Origin: Saprospiraceae bacterium
GTDB lineage: Bacteria > Bacteroidota > Bacteroidia > Chitinophagales > Saprospiraceae
Assembly: GCA_026989035.1 (NCBI GenBank)
Contig: JALSKB010000052.1
Span: 4,553 to 68,552, forward strand
Length of the DNA stretch: 64,000 nt
Direction: 5' to 3'
Under the pieces are notes generated by a model that saw only the letters and a list, made by a program, of their open reading frames with translations, was not told the DNA's origin and did no database searches. Below are positions 7,403 through 17,722 of this stretch, piece by piece. A program made the position numbers and the translations under genes. How positions within the stretch are numbered: position 1 is the first letter of the stretch; the number at the start of each line of letters is the position of its first letter.

Positions 7403-9853
7403 GTGCGTATTCTAAAATTCGGAGGTTCTTCGGTGAGTACTCCCGAACGGATGGAGCAGGTAAGTAGCATCTTGGTCGCTTATCATCAATCGGGCTTTTC
7501 TTTTGCCGTAGTATGCTCTGCTTTTGGGGGTGTTACCGATCAGCTCATTGAGTTGAGTCGTTTGGCGGAAGCCGGAAAAGAGCAGCAATATCTAAGCCTT
7601 TACGAGGGGTTTTGTGCTCGTCATGTTGAGGCTGCTGAAGTTTTATTGAAAGGAGAGATTCTCAAAAAGAGTAAAACAGCCTTAGAGGAAAATCATGAGA
7701 TTTTGAAGAATCTCTTATTGGGCATTTCCCTGGTTAAAGAGATTTCTCCTCGAACTTTGGATTACCTTCTCAGTTTTGGGGAACGCAATGCCAATTTTAT
7801 TTTAGCTGCCAGGTTGAAGCAGTTGGGTTTGCCCGCAGCATATACCGATGCTCGTCTCTTGATACAAACCAACTCTGACTTCGGCGGGGCCCTTGTCAAT
7901 TGGGAATACAGCAAAAAGCGCATTCGAGAGCATTTTGCGAAAGCACAAGGCATTCAAGTTGTTACCGGCTTTATCGCCGCCGATGAACAAGGCGTTACCA
8001 CGACCTTGGGGCGTGGAGGGTCGGATTATACGGCTTCGCTTCTGGCAGCTGCTTTGCAGGCTGAGCAGTTGGAAATCTGGACTGATGTCGCAGGTGTGCT
8101 TACTGCCGACCCCCGCAAAGTGAAGTCAGCTCTGCCTATTAAACAGCTATCTTATGCGGAAGCTATGGAAATGTCGCATTTTGGGGCTAAGGTCATTTAT
8201 CCGCCAACCATCCAGCCGGCTATGTCGGCGGGCATTCCCATATTCATCAAAAGCACTTTCGAACCCGACAAGGCGGGCACCCTAATTAGAGAGCAAAACC
8301 CGGTAGAAGAGCAAGCGGTAAAAGGTATCTCCTCCATAGACAACATCAGCTTGTTGACGCTTTCCGGTAGTGGACTAATCGGTGTACCCGGAACGGCTGC
8401 CCGACTTTTTGATGCCTTGGCCAAGGCAAGTATCAACGTCATACTCATCACGCAGGCATCTTCCGAACAGGCCATTAGCTTTGCCGTCATGCCGCAAGAG
8501 GCCGAAAAAGCTAGACAAGCCGTTGAGGAAGCTTTCCGGCTCGAGTTAAAAGCCGGTCTGGTAAAGCCTATCCGGCTGGAAAAGGACTTGGCTGTTGTGG
8601 CTATCGTCGGTGAAAACATGCGCTACCGCCCCGGAATAGCAGGGCAAATGTTTAGTACTTTGGGGCAAAACGGCATTAACGTCGTAGCTATTGCACAAGG
8701 TTCTTCAGAATTGAACATCTCTGCGGTTGTTCCTGCTAAAGATGAACGCAAAGCCCTCAATGCCTTGCACGAACGCTTCTTCCTGTCAGATATTCAAGTG
8801 CGTCATCTGTTTGTCGTAGGGACGGGCCTGGTAGGAAGCACCCTGCTTCGACAAATTCTGGAACAAAATGCTTTTTTGAAAAAATACAAAAAATTAGAAA
8901 TACGCGTAGTTGGCATAGCCAACAGCCGGAAGATGTTTTTTAAGCAAGAGGGAATAGACTTAGAGCAGTGGCAAGAGCGCTTGTCTGCGGGGGAAAACAT
9001 GGAGCTATCGACTTTCGTCAAACGAATGAAAGCACTAAATTTGCGCAATTCCGTCTTTGTTGACAATACAGCTACAGAAGAGGTGCCACGCTGCTATGCC
9101 GAAATTTTGGACAGCAGCATTTTCATCTCTACGCCCAATAAAACAGCAGCCTCCGGGCCTTACAAAACCTATATAGAACTCAAGCAAATTGCTGAAAAAC
9201 GCAATGTTGCCTGGATGTTTGAAACCAATGTAGGAGCCGGGCTGCCGGTTATTGATACGCTAAACGACTTGATCAACAGTGGAGATCGCATTCTCAGTAT
9301 CGAGGGCGTGCTTTCAGGCTCTATGTCTTTTATCTTTCACGCTTTTCAACAGGGCATGGCTTTCAGTCAGGCCGTATTTAAAGCCAGGAAATTGGGTTAT
9401 ACCGAGCCGGACCCTCGCGATGATTTGAGCGGAAAAGACATGTTGCGAAAAATTTTGATTCTGGCCAGAGAAGCGGGATATGCCCTGGAACAAAAAGACG
9501 TGTCCGTTAGTCCTATCCTTCCAAAAGAATTTTGGGAAATACCTGAGGTGGACGATTTTCTCAAGCGGTTGCCGGAGGTTGACCAACTTTTTGATGGCCT
9601 TCGCCAACAGGCATCTGCTTCGGGCAAGGTTTTGAGGCCTATTGCCCGCTTTGATGCCAGTGAACAAAAAGCTTCCGTTTCTTTAGAAGAAATTAGTGCG
9701 CAACACCCTTTTTTCACCCTAAGTCCGGGAGACAACATCATTGCTTTTAGAACGGACCGTTATGCAGAACGGCCCTTGGTCGTTTACGGACCCGGAGCCG
9801 GAGCAGAAGTGACGGCAGCTGGGGTGTTTGCGGAAATTATCAATTTGGGTTAA
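7403..9853 (+). CDS. thrA: Bifunctional aspartate kinase / homoserine dehydrogenase I
   Basis: 816 aa. The start (M)RILKFGGSSV is the kinase signature, ACT-like regions sit in the middle, and the C-terminal half is a homoserine dehydrogenase (GAGLPVIDTL). Confidence 0.95.
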   Translation: MRILKFGGSSVSTPERMEQVSSILVAYHQSGFSFAVVCSAFGGVTDQLIELSRLAEAGKEQQYLSLYEGFCARHVEAAEVLLKGEILKKSKTALEENHEILKNLLLGISLVKEISPRTLDYLLSFGERNANFILAARLKQLGLPAAYTDARLLIQTNSDFGGALVNWEYSKKRIREHFAKAQGIQVVTGFIAADEQGVTTTLGRGGSDYTASLLAAALQAEQLEIWTDVAGVLTADPRKVKSALPIKQLSYAEAMEMSHFGAKVIYPPTIQPAMSAGIPIFIKSTFEPDKAGTLIREQNPVEEQAVKGISSIDNISLLTLSGSGLIGVPGTAARLFDALAKASINVILITQASSEQAISFAVMPQEAEKARQAVEEAFRLELKAGLVKPIRLEKDLAVVAIVGENMRYRPGIAGQMFSTLGQNGINVVAIAQGSSELNISAVVPAKDERKALNALHERFFLSDIQVRHLFVVGTGLVGSTLLRQILEQNAFLKKYKKLEIRVVGIANSRKMFFKQEGIDLEQWQERLSAGENMELSTFVKRMKALNLRNSVFVDNTATEEVPRCYAEILDSSIFISTPNKTAASGPYKTYIELKQIAEKRNVAWMFETNVGAGLPVIDTLNDLINSGDRILSIEGVLSGSMSFIFHAFQQGMAFSQAVFKARKLGYTEPDPRDDLSGKDMLRKILILAREAGYALEQKDVSVSPILPKEFWEIPEVDDFLKRLPEVDQLFDGLRQQASASGKVLRPIARFDASEQKASVSLEEISAQHPFFTLSPGDNIIAFRTDRYAERPLVVYGPGAGAEVTAAGVFAEIINLG

Positions 9854-9872
9854 TTGGCAACCAAACGGAATC

Positions 9873-10817
9873 ATGCAGAAAAAAAACTCGGGAATTAAAA
9901 TTTTCGCTCCGGCAAGCGTCGGAAATGTTGTTTGTGGATTTGATGTTTTAGGTCTTGCCGTAAAAGGTGTTGGCGATGAGGTGATTGCTTATTTTAAGGA
10001 AAAACCCGGCCTGGAAATCGTCCACATTTCCGGAGCAAAGGGGAAACTTCCGTATGAGGTCAAAAAAAACACAGCCGGGCTTGCTGCCTGGCGCTTGTTG
10101 GAATACTTGGGAAAAACCGAATTGGGTATAGCTTTGGAATTGCGCAAGAAAATGCCGATAGGCAGTGGCTTGGGATCCAGTGCTGCCAGTGCTGTGGCCG
10201 GGGCCATGGCCATCAATGAGCTGCTCAAGCGCCCTCTTGAAAAACGGGACCTTTTGCCTTTTGCCCTGGCTGGGGAAACTTTGGCCATAGGTGGGCAGGC
10301 ACATGCCGATAATATTGCTCCTTCTCTACTTGGCGGCATTACTTTGGTGCGCTCTTCAAACCCGCCGGATGTGCAGCGCTTACCCATCATACCCGGTCTA
10401 CATCTCAGCCTCTTAAGCCCTGAGTTGCAAGTTCTGACTAAAGAGGCTCGGAGCATTTTATCCGATGCGGTTCCTCTAAAAGACTTTGTCAGGCAAAGCG
10501 CTAATCTCGGAGCTTTTGTGGCAGCCTTGTACCGACAGGATTTCCAATTGCTTCGACGTAGCTTGGAAGATTTCGTTATAGAGCCACAGCGCGCCTCTCT
10601 CATCCCTCAATTCTACCCACTGAAAGAAGCTGCTTTAGAGGCCGGTGCTTTGGGTTGCAGTATATCAGGTGCAGGACCCGCTGTCTTTGCGCTTAGCGCA
10701 AACAGTTTAGTTGCAGAAGAGGTGAAAGAGGCCATGTCGGAAATCTGGACTCGAGCAGGAATAGACCACCAAGCCTGGGTAACGGAAATTGACATGGAAG
10801 GGGCTAAAAAAATGTGA
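9873..10817 (+). CDS. thrB: Homoserine kinase
   Basis: GHMP kinase motif PIGSGLGSSAAS. It follows thrA directly. ATG 9873 gives the usual IKIFAPASVGN start. Confidence 0.9.
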   Translation: MQKKNSGIKIFAPASVGNVVCGFDVLGLAVKGVGDEVIAYFKEKPGLEIVHISGAKGKLPYEVKKNTAGLAAWRLLEYLGKTELGIALELRKKMPIGSGLGSSAASAVAGAMAINELLKRPLEKRDLLPFALAGETLAIGGQAHADNIAPSLLGGITLVRSSNPPDVQRLPIIPGLHLSLLSPELQVLTKEARSILSDAVPLKDFVRQSANLGAFVAALYRQDFQLLRRSLEDFVIEPQRASLIPQFYPLKEAALEAGALGCSISGAGPAVFALSANSLVAEEVKEAMSEIWTRAGIDHQAWVTEIDMEGAKKM

Positions 10818-10884
10818 GCGGAAGTAAAAAATGTAGGCTCTTCTCAGAGAAGTTGGCCAATCTTCTTCAACAGGAGTAGATTTT

Positions 10885-13044
10885 TTAAAGATTTTCTACA
10901 AAATACATTTTTTGCACGCCTTTGTTTTTGGCTTTTATTTCTCCTCTGGGCATAGCGTGGAAGTGATCTTTGACCAAAAGCCATGTTGTGTGTGAAATGT
11001 TTACTTTGCCTGGCTCTCCCGAAGACTCCATACGAGCTGCGAGATTGACGGTATCACCCCAAATGTCGTAAGCAAATTTTTTGTGACCTACCACCCCTGC
11101 TACGACGGGGCCGGTATGTATGCCTATGCGAATTTCAAAAGCCGGTAGTCCTTGCGCTTTTTGCCTTTCGGCAAATGTTTTGACGAAGTCGCGCATAGCC
11201 AAACCAGCCCGGACAATTCGCTCGGCATGGTCGGGTATGGGTTCGGGCAGGCCGGCTGCACACATGTACGCATCACCTATGGTTTTGATTTTTTCTACAC
11301 CAAAGCGTTCAGTGATTTCATCAAAGGCACTGAAACATTCGTCTAGCATGGCGACCAAGTCTGCAGGAGAGAGACGTTCGGCTATTTGGGTGAAAGATTT
11401 AAAGTCGGTGAAAAGGACACTTACTTGTTCGTATTGTCGGGCTTGCGTTTTTCCCGTTTCCTTTAGCTCCCGTGCCACTTCTTCGGGCAGAATGTTTAGC
11501 AGCAATTCTTCAGACCGTTGGCGCTCTTGCTCAATAATGGCGTTTTTTTCTGCCAATTGGCGATTGGCTCTGGCTTTCAAACGGTAGCGATTGACCAACA
11601 AGCCGATGATGAGCAGGAGGATGATGGCACCGGCGAGAAAAGTGATGAGCATGCTGCGTGCGCGCTCTTGTTGTAGCAGCAATTCTTGGCGTTGGCGTTC
11701 AATTTCGTATTGCTTGAGCCGGTCTCCATAGAGGATTTCCCGACGTTCGTTATCTCGGATTTTTTTTTCGTTGAGGCGTTGGTATTTCAAACGGTCATAG
11801 GCTCTGCGGTATTCGTAGGCCTTTTTGTACAGTCCGAGCAAGTAATAAATTTTTCCGAGGTCTTTGTAGGCGTTTTGGCGGTATTTGGGGTCGTCGAGTT
11901 CTTCGGCCAGGGACAAATATTTTTGGACGTAAACGAGAGCGGAGTCAAGTTGCCCTTTTCTGCGATGGACGTCTCCCATGCCGTTGTAAATGGCCATGAT
12001 ACCTTTTTTGTTTTCATAGGTTTTCCAAATTTTTAGGGCCGGTTGAAAGAATTGTAGTGCTGTATCCCATTTGGCGAAAGCCTGATCTTTGTCTCCTTTT
12101 TTTAACAAGTAACTACCCAGATTTTTGTAGGTGAGGCCTATGTTGTTGTAAATCTCTGCCATGCCCTCCTCGTCCTCTTCGCTTTGTCTGATGTTGAGGG
12201 CTTCCCGATATAGCTTCAAAGCTTTTTGTGAGCGTTTTTGTGCGGCAGTGAGATTGCCGCTTTCGTAGAGTGAATCTGCCCGGGCATCTTCGGCATTAGC
12301 CAAGTTGTTGAGTGCATCGGCAAGCTCTCTCGGAGCTCCCCGTTCGCGATAAATTTGAAGTGCGCGGCTGTAGTTTTCTGCAGCTTCACTGAAGCGATCC
12401 AGTTCCAGTTTGATGTTACCTATGACGAGGTAGGCATTGGCCAGATCTGTTTTTTCATGGGGCAAAAGTGCAATTAGCTCGAGATATTTAAAGATGTAGT
12501 TGAGCGCTTCCGAGTAAAGCCCCATGCTTTCGTACAGTATGCTGATGTTGTAATATAGGCGAGCTACCCGCAAGCTATCACCCAGTTGTTTGCGAATACG
12601 TAGAGAGTTTTGGTAGTAATCCAGAGCTTGGACATAGTCTCCTCGATATTCCTCTACATTGCCCAGGTTGTTGTAAAGAGAAGCCACTCCGGCGCTGTCG
12701 CCTAGTTCGCGGCGTATGTTTAAGGCAGCTTGAAAGTATTGTACTGTTTCATCGGCTTGCCCGTGGATGTCTTCCACTACGCCGCGATAATTCAAAGCAT
12801 CTCCTTCGCCCTTTTTGAAGTTAATGCGTTGTGCCAGGTATAGAGCCGAATCGAGAAAAAGACGGGCTGAATCAGGCGAATCAAACTTTAAGGTCCAACC
12901 CAGTTCATTGAGCAAGTTAACCCGCTGTGTATCGCTTTGTACCGCCTCCAATTCTCTTAACAGGCTATCTGCTCTGGTTTGCTGGGCAAGCAAGGGGCCC
13001 AAAGTGCAGAGAAGGAGTACGAATAATGGTGCGACTTTTTTCAT
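10885..13044 (-). CDS. TPR-repeat / single-TM / class III adenylate-guanylate cyclase signalling protein
   Basis: Signal peptide, about 10 TPR-like repeats, a coiled-coil, one TM helix, and a C-terminal cyclase domain (VSVLFTDFKSFT ... GDAYMCAAGLP ... IGIHTGPVVAGVVG). Confidence 0.85.
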   Translation of the reverse strand: MKKVAPLFVLLLCTLGPLLAQQTRADSLLRELEAVQSDTQRVNLLNELGWTLKFDSPDSARLFLDSALYLAQRINFKKGEGDALNYRGVVEDIHGQADETVQYFQAALNIRRELGDSAGVASLYNNLGNVEEYRGDYVQALDYYQNSLRIRKQLGDSLRVARLYYNISILYESMGLYSEALNYIFKYLELIALLPHEKTDLANAYLVIGNIKLELDRFSEAAENYSRALQIYRERGAPRELADALNNLANAEDARADSLYESGNLTAAQKRSQKALKLYREALNIRQSEEDEEGMAEIYNNIGLTYKNLGSYLLKKGDKDQAFAKWDTALQFFQPALKIWKTYENKKGIMAIYNGMGDVHRRKGQLDSALVYVQKYLSLAEELDDPKYRQNAYKDLGKIYYLLGLYKKAYEYRRAYDRLKYQRLNEKKIRDNERREILYGDRLKQYEIERQRQELLLQQERARSMLITFLAGAIILLLIIGLLVNRYRLKARANRQLAEKNAIIEQERQRSEELLLNILPEEVARELKETGKTQARQYEQVSVLFTDFKSFTQIAERLSPADLVAMLDECFSAFDEITERFGVEKIKTIGDAYMCAAGLPEPIPDHAERIVRAGLAMRDFVKTFAERQKAQGLPAFEIRIGIHTGPVVAGVVGHKKFAYDIWGDTVNLAARMESSGEPGKVNISHTTWLLVKDHFHAMPRGEIKAKNKGVQKMYFVENL
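11163..11175 (+). repeat. GCCTTTCGGCAAA word copy
   Basis: Exact 13-mer (full 16-mer TTTGCCTTTCGGCAAA from 11160). In the minus-strand cyclase gene it reads F-A-E-R-Q. Confidence 0.9.
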
Positions 13045-13051
13045 AGAAGAA

Positions 13052-13078
13052 GGGGCTGCAGAAAGAAGCTGCAGCCCT
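13052..13078 (-). terminator. Hairpin terminator candidate after the DUF4920 gene
   Basis: GGGCTGCAG-AAAGAAG-CTGCAGCCC (9-bp GC-rich stem) lies between the stop at 13084 and the next gene start at 13044. The downstream run is only moderately T-rich. Confidence 0.4.
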
Positions 13079-13083
13079 TGGGT

Positions 13084-13590
13084 TTATTCGACAACCAAAA
13101 CGCCATCAGCTACAAAGCGCAGTTGTTCTTCCGGTTCGGTTATGGCTGCTATTTCCTCGGGGGAAGCACCGGCATCTTCTGCTAAATGTTGGAGCTGTTC
13201 TACGGGTACGAGTTCGCGATAGGCCAAGCCCTGCATGACGACGACATGGCCGGATAGGTCTTTAGGCATGAAGAATGCATAGTCTTTAAAGCCAGTGAAA
13301 AGCGGTTTGTCTCCCGGGCGCTCGGCTTTGAGTGTCAGCCAACAGCCCTTTTTTTGGCAGACTTCTTCGACGGTGCCTTTAACTTTGATGCGTAAAGAAT
13401 CCTTGCCCTGCATCAAGTCAACCAATTCGGCATAGCTGATAGCTCCTTTGGCTTTAATCTTTTCTCCGAATTGTTGTCCCGGAGCAGCCTGCTCCGGTGT
13501 GTTCATTGCGTTGTTTTTTGTAGAAGACTTGCCTAAGTGGCATGCCAAGAGACTTATGCTCAACAAAGTGAAAAAGAAAAATGATTTCAT
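13084..13590 (-). CDS. DUF4920-like secreted/lipoprotein
   Basis: Signal peptide with a lipobox-like LLAC. The segment VKGTVEEVCQKKGCWLTLK matches my recollection of DUF4920. Confidence 0.65.
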   Translation of the reverse strand: MKSFFFFTLLSISLLACHLGKSSTKNNAMNTPEQAAPGQQFGEKIKAKGAISYAELVDLMQGKDSLRIKVKGTVEEVCQKKGCWLTLKAERPGDKPLFTGFKDYAFFMPKDLSGHVVVMQGLAYRELVPVEQLQHLAEDAGASPEEIAAITEPEEQLRFVADGVLVVE

Positions 13591-13793
13591 GGTCAGGTTT
13601 TGTATTTGGTTAGCAAATATCGACTACTTAAAGCAGGTCGTTTTTTAAGGTCGTGATTCAGAGGAAAACAATTTGGCTGCTTTCCTGTTTTTTAATTGCT
13701 GTGCAAATCAGCAAACCTTTGCCGCAACAGTCCACCTTCTCTACTCCCTTTGCATTTTTGTGCCAACTCAAGCATCATAGGGTAAAGCGTGGT

Positions 13794-14216
13794 TTATAGC
13801 ATATCCAATTTTCTGATGTTCTCAATCCACTTTTGGGGCATGGCTGCTTTTTGCAGGGCTTTGTAGTCGTAGGCCATGAGTGATTGCTTGGATATGGCTG
13901 CCAGCCTTTGGTGGTTTTGGCTAAAGATATGGGTTTCCAGGAAAATGCGGTCTTCTTTGATTTCCACGGCTTTGATGCCCAGAAGAGCCGTATCGGGAAA
14001 AGTCATGGGAAAGATGTACTTGCAATCTTGCCAGGCCAGGATGATGCTGATGTTGTTGAATTCCGTTTTGCCATCATTGATGGCGTGGAAATAAGCCAGG
14101 CGGCCGGTTTCGGCCCATTTGAGATAGACGGTGTTGTTGACGTGTCGGGCAGCATCCATATCTCCCCAGAGAACGGGAATTTCTATGCGTATGTTGAAGT
14201 TTGCTAGTGCGTTCAT
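13794..14216 (-). CDS. Acyl-CoA thioesterase, hotdog fold (YbgC/4HBT-like)
   Basis: 140 aa. Contains VLWGDMDAARHVNNTVYLKW, the typical 4HBT catalytic-Asp region. Confidence 0.75.
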   Translation of the reverse strand: MNALANFNIRIEIPVLWGDMDAARHVNNTVYLKWAETGRLAYFHAINDGKTEFNNISIILAWQDCKYIFPMTFPDTALLGIKAVEIKEDRIFLETHIFSQNHQRLAAISKQSLMAYDYKALQKAAMPQKWIENIRKLDML

Positions 14217-14222
14217 AGCTTT

Positions 14223-16346
14223 TTATTGATCATTGGCAAGCCATTCTTCAAGTTCGGGATAGAGATCCAGATAAGCCAGGGCTTCTTCCCTGCTGAGGCG
14301 GGCACCGTTGAGGTAGGGCACAATGTGAGCTTTTGGAAAGCCCTCTTCTTTCATTTGTTGAAGCATGGTTTGTGCGGCGCGGTAGCTACGCAACAAGCCT
14401 GCAGTAAAGTAGTAGATGTTTTCGCTGAGATCTTTTTCTATGGTAGCGTGGGGGTCTTTTAGCTGAACATCTGCCGGAAACAGTTCTTTGGCTTTAGCCA
14501 ATTGAATGCGATAGTTGAGGCCTGTGAGGAGTGTGTAGTAGGCTTGACCTCGGCTGTCTCGCCATTCCGGACTTACCGGAGGTGTTTTGATGACAATTTT
14601 TACAGGTACATCTTCCAAGCCCGTTAGGACAATATCGATTCTTCGGTTAAATCGCCTTACCGTGGCGTTTTTTGACAGGCTTTTAGCTACGGGATAGTTA
14701 TCTCCTACGGTTCGCAGCCGAATTCTGTTTGGAGAGATTCCCGTTGAGAGCAAGAAGTTTCCGACTTCTTCTACTTGCTTGAGAGAAAAAAACAAGGGGT
14801 AGTTGTCGTAATCGAGTGGGTCGCTGTGGGCTGTGAGTTGCACATCGAGCTGAGGGTAAGCGTGGAGAAGTTGAACCAGCCGCTGTAGCTTTTTGATGTT
14901 TTCCTGCGACAAGACTGGCCCCTGTTCTTCCAGGTAAAGGGGTTCGATATAAAAATCCGAAAGCTCGTCTTTTTTTTGTTTTTTTTGTTTGAGCACGTGG
15001 GTGAAGAGCAGGGGTTGAGATTGATGTTGTTGTTCCAGGTGTTGCTCAGAGAAGAGGGCCAGATAGAGGTCGTAGCCACCTTGACCTCCGGGGCGGTTAG
15101 AGGCGAACCACGCTTTGTCTCCTTTGGGAGAGAGGAAAAAGTAGGTATCGTCAAAAGCCGAATTGAATTTCAAGCCGAGGTTATAGGGTTTTGACCAGCG
15201 TCCGAGCAAATCATTAAAAACAGACCGGAGGATGTCGAGTTGTCCGAAACTTCGTTCCGGGTGGTTAGAGCTGAAGTACAAGGTGCGGCCGTCTTTGGCA
15301 AGGAAGGGGGCTCGTTCGTCATAAGGAGTGTTGATGTCGGGACCCAGGTTTTGTGGTGGTGTCCATTGTCCGTCGCGCCAATGCGTGATGTAGAGGTCAA
15401 GGCCTCCGTATCCTCCGGCTCTGCGAGAGGCAAAGAGCAAGACGCTGTCTGTAAACCAAAAGGGGTCGGTATCTCCTTTTGCCGTTTGCATGGGGCTTTC
15501 AAAGCGAGCGGCAAAGAGTGTTCCGAGTTTGGACATTTGCCGAAAGGCTGTATCTGCAAAGATTTCTCCACTATAGGTAGAGTATCCCTGAAAAAAATAG
15601 AAGGTGTTGTTTTCTGCAGAGAACCCCATGGGTATATCGTAGCGGGTGCTGTTGATGAGCGTGCTGAGTGCTTGGGGGGGTGCCCAGCCGGAAGGAAGCA
15701 GTTCTGCTGTAAAAATATCTCCCAGGTATTGTCCGTTGGCGAAATCGGGTTCACCTTGAGCGTTGCGCCGCCCTCCAAGTGTTCCTTCTCGGGCAGAGGA
15801 GAAGAACAAGAGTTTTTCGTTTTTTGGATGTGGGATAGGCCTGAGTTCGTCGCCCGTACTATTAATTGTTGGTCCCATGTTTTGAACGACGGCTCGTTTT
15901 GGTTGTCCTTGCAGATGTATGCCGGTGGCGCAGCGGATTAAATCATCTTTGACAGCTGCTCGTTGTGGGTGGGAGGGTTCGGCATAGCGGAGGAAATCCT
16001 TGTAGGTTTGTGCAGCTTCTTCAAATTGTTTAAGGGCTTGGAGAGAGCGACCGAGGTAAAGCCAATACGAAACGGGCAATTTTTTAAAATCGGCTTGCAT
16101 TTGGCGAAAGCCTTTAACGGCTTCTTCGGGCCGGCCGGCAAGATAAAGGCATTGATTGAGCTTTTGTCGGAGATGAACATCTTGGGGTTTGGCCTGCGCA
16201 CATTCTGTGAGCAGAGGGTAGGCTTTGAGGTACTCTCTCTCTTCAAACAGTTCTTCACCTTTTTTGCAATAAGCTACCGGTTGTTGAGCTTGAAGGCTCG
16301 ACAAAAGGCAAAGAGCGGCTACACAGATGAGGGCATTTTTCATCAA
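14223..16346 (-). CDS. Outer-membrane-associated protein: TPR + TolB-like (PD40) beta-propeller repeats + OmpA-like C-terminal region
   Basis: Signal peptide, N-terminal TPR, repeated 'DE..P.....G..L.F.S.R.GG.GG.DLY' propeller blades, and an OmpA-like segment (LTAHSD...NRRIDI). Confidence 0.7.
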   Translation of the reverse strand: MMKNALICVAALCLLSSLQAQQPVAYCKKGEELFEEREYLKAYPLLTECAQAKPQDVHLRQKLNQCLYLAGRPEEAVKGFRQMQADFKKLPVSYWLYLGRSLQALKQFEEAAQTYKDFLRYAEPSHPQRAAVKDDLIRCATGIHLQGQPKRAVVQNMGPTINSTGDELRPIPHPKNEKLLFFSSAREGTLGGRRNAQGEPDFANGQYLGDIFTAELLPSGWAPPQALSTLINSTRYDIPMGFSAENNTFYFFQGYSTYSGEIFADTAFRQMSKLGTLFAARFESPMQTAKGDTDPFWFTDSVLLFASRRAGGYGGLDLYITHWRDGQWTPPQNLGPDINTPYDERAPFLAKDGRTLYFSSNHPERSFGQLDILRSVFNDLLGRWSKPYNLGLKFNSAFDDTYFFLSPKGDKAWFASNRPGGQGGYDLYLALFSEQHLEQQHQSQPLLFTHVLKQKKQKKDELSDFYIEPLYLEEQGPVLSQENIKKLQRLVQLLHAYPQLDVQLTAHSDPLDYDNYPLFFSLKQVEEVGNFLLSTGISPNRIRLRTVGDNYPVAKSLSKNATVRRFNRRIDIVLTGLEDVPVKIVIKTPPVSPEWRDSRGQAYYTLLTGLNYRIQLAKAKELFPADVQLKDPHATIEKDLSENIYYFTAGLLRSYRAAQTMLQQMKEEGFPKAHIVPYLNGARLSREEALAYLDLYPELEEWLANDQ

Positions 16347-17680
16347 AGGCCTCTATTGGGGTCGAAAGCTTCCAGGTAATCGGCAATTTTGCGGAGGAAG
16401 CTACCGCCGAGAGCGCCGTCCACGACGCGGTGATCGTAAGACAGAGATAAGAACATCAGGTGGCGGATAGCGATGAGGTCGCCATATTGGGTTTCGACTA
16501 CTGCGGGTTTTTTGCGGATAGCTCCGGTAGCAAGTATGGCTACTTGGGGCTGATTGATGATGGGGGTACCCATAACGTTGCCAAAGGTTCCGACATTGGT
16601 TAGGGTAAAAGTTCCTCCTTGGATTTCTTCGGGTTTGAGTTTGTTGTTGCGTGCTCTGTCGGCCAGGTCATTGACAGTTTTTGCCAAACCGGGTAGGGAG
16701 AGCATGTCTGCTTTTTTGATAACGGGAACGATGAGATTACCACTGGGTAAAGCCGTTGCCATGCCGATGTTGATATCCAGATGGCGTATGATTTTGTCAC
16801 CATCAACGGATACGTTAATCATGGGGTAGTCGTGTATGGCTTTGACGACGGCCTCGATGAACAAGGGGGTAAAGGTTATTTTGGTTCCATAGCGTTTGAG
16901 GAAGGCCTCTTTATTGGCATTGCGCCACTGAACGAGCGGGGTAACGTCCACTTCAACGAAGGAAGTAACGTGAGGCGAAGTTTGTTTGGAACGCACCATG
17001 TGATCGGCGATGAGTTTTCTCATGCGATCCATTTCGATAATTTCCACTTGCCCCGAGGAGGAGGGCACGCTTGGTGCCGGAGTTTGGGTTTGGGTAGTAG
17101 TTGTTGTGGGTTGAGCTTTTCGGTTTTGCACATAGCCCAAGATGTCTTTTTTGGTTACGCGGCCATGTTGGCCTGTTCCGGGGATTTGCTCCAGCTCTTC
17201 GGTGCTGATGTTTTCCTGTTTGGCGATGTTGCGCACTAAGGGGGAATAAAATCGGCCGGAGGGGCCAAAACGGGAGGGGGTTGTCTGCGTACTTACGGCT
17301 GTCGTTGCCATGGCAGGGGCTTGCGGACTTGTAGCAGCGGAAGGTTGCGGACTGCCGTTTCCGGTATTTGCCGGAGCCGGGCTTGGCGCTTTGTGTTCGG
17401 TTTCTACTTGACTCGGGGTTTGAGGTTTGGAGGCTTCGCCCTCTGTTTCTATGACGGCCACGGCCTTGCCAATTTCTACGGTTTCGCCTTCCGGGTAGAG
17501 AATTTTAGCGAGCACGCCTGATACTGGCGAAGGCACTTCAGAGTCCACTTTATCGGTAGCGATTTCGAGTACGGTTTCATCCTCTTCAATGCGATCTCCA
17601 ACTTGTTTGACCCATTTGAGGATGGTGGCCTCCATGATGCTTTCACCCATTTTGGGCATAATCAACTCAACTTGTGCCAT
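16343..17680 (-). CDS. 2-oxoacid dehydrogenase complex E2 (dihydrolipoamide acyltransferase)
   Basis: Lipoyl domain (IATDKVDSEVPSP), a Pro/Ala/Thr linker, an E3-binding domain (SPLVRNIAKQ) and a catalytic domain (SLSYDHRVVDGA). ATG 17680 is the start. The stop overlaps the next gene's start (ATGA). Confidence 0.9.
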   Translation of the reverse strand: MAQVELIMPKMGESIMEATILKWVKQVGDRIEEDETVLEIATDKVDSEVPSPVSGVLAKILYPEGETVEIGKAVAVIETEGEASKPQTPSQVETEHKAPSPAPANTGNGSPQPSAATSPQAPAMATTAVSTQTTPSRFGPSGRFYSPLVRNIAKQENISTEELEQIPGTGQHGRVTKKDILGYVQNRKAQPTTTTTQTQTPAPSVPSSSGQVEIIEMDRMRKLIADHMVRSKQTSPHVTSFVEVDVTPLVQWRNANKEAFLKRYGTKITFTPLFIEAVVKAIHDYPMINVSVDGDKIIRHLDINIGMATALPSGNLIVPVIKKADMLSLPGLAKTVNDLADRARNNKLKPEEIQGGTFTLTNVGTFGNVMGTPIINQPQVAILATGAIRKKPAVVETQYGDLIAIRHLMFLSLSYDHRVVDGALGGSFLRKIADYLEAFDPNRGL

Positions 17681-17722
17681 GGCGTTTTCTTTTGGACTAC
17701 AAAAGTACAAACTTCTTGGCGA

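Noticed and set aside
10885-13044. TPR/class III cyclase as a possible cyclic-nucleotide defence module (Pycsar-like).
   Set aside because: The architecture (signal peptide, TPR array, TM helix, cyclase) is typical of environmental signalling cyclases, and no effector gene is adjacent.
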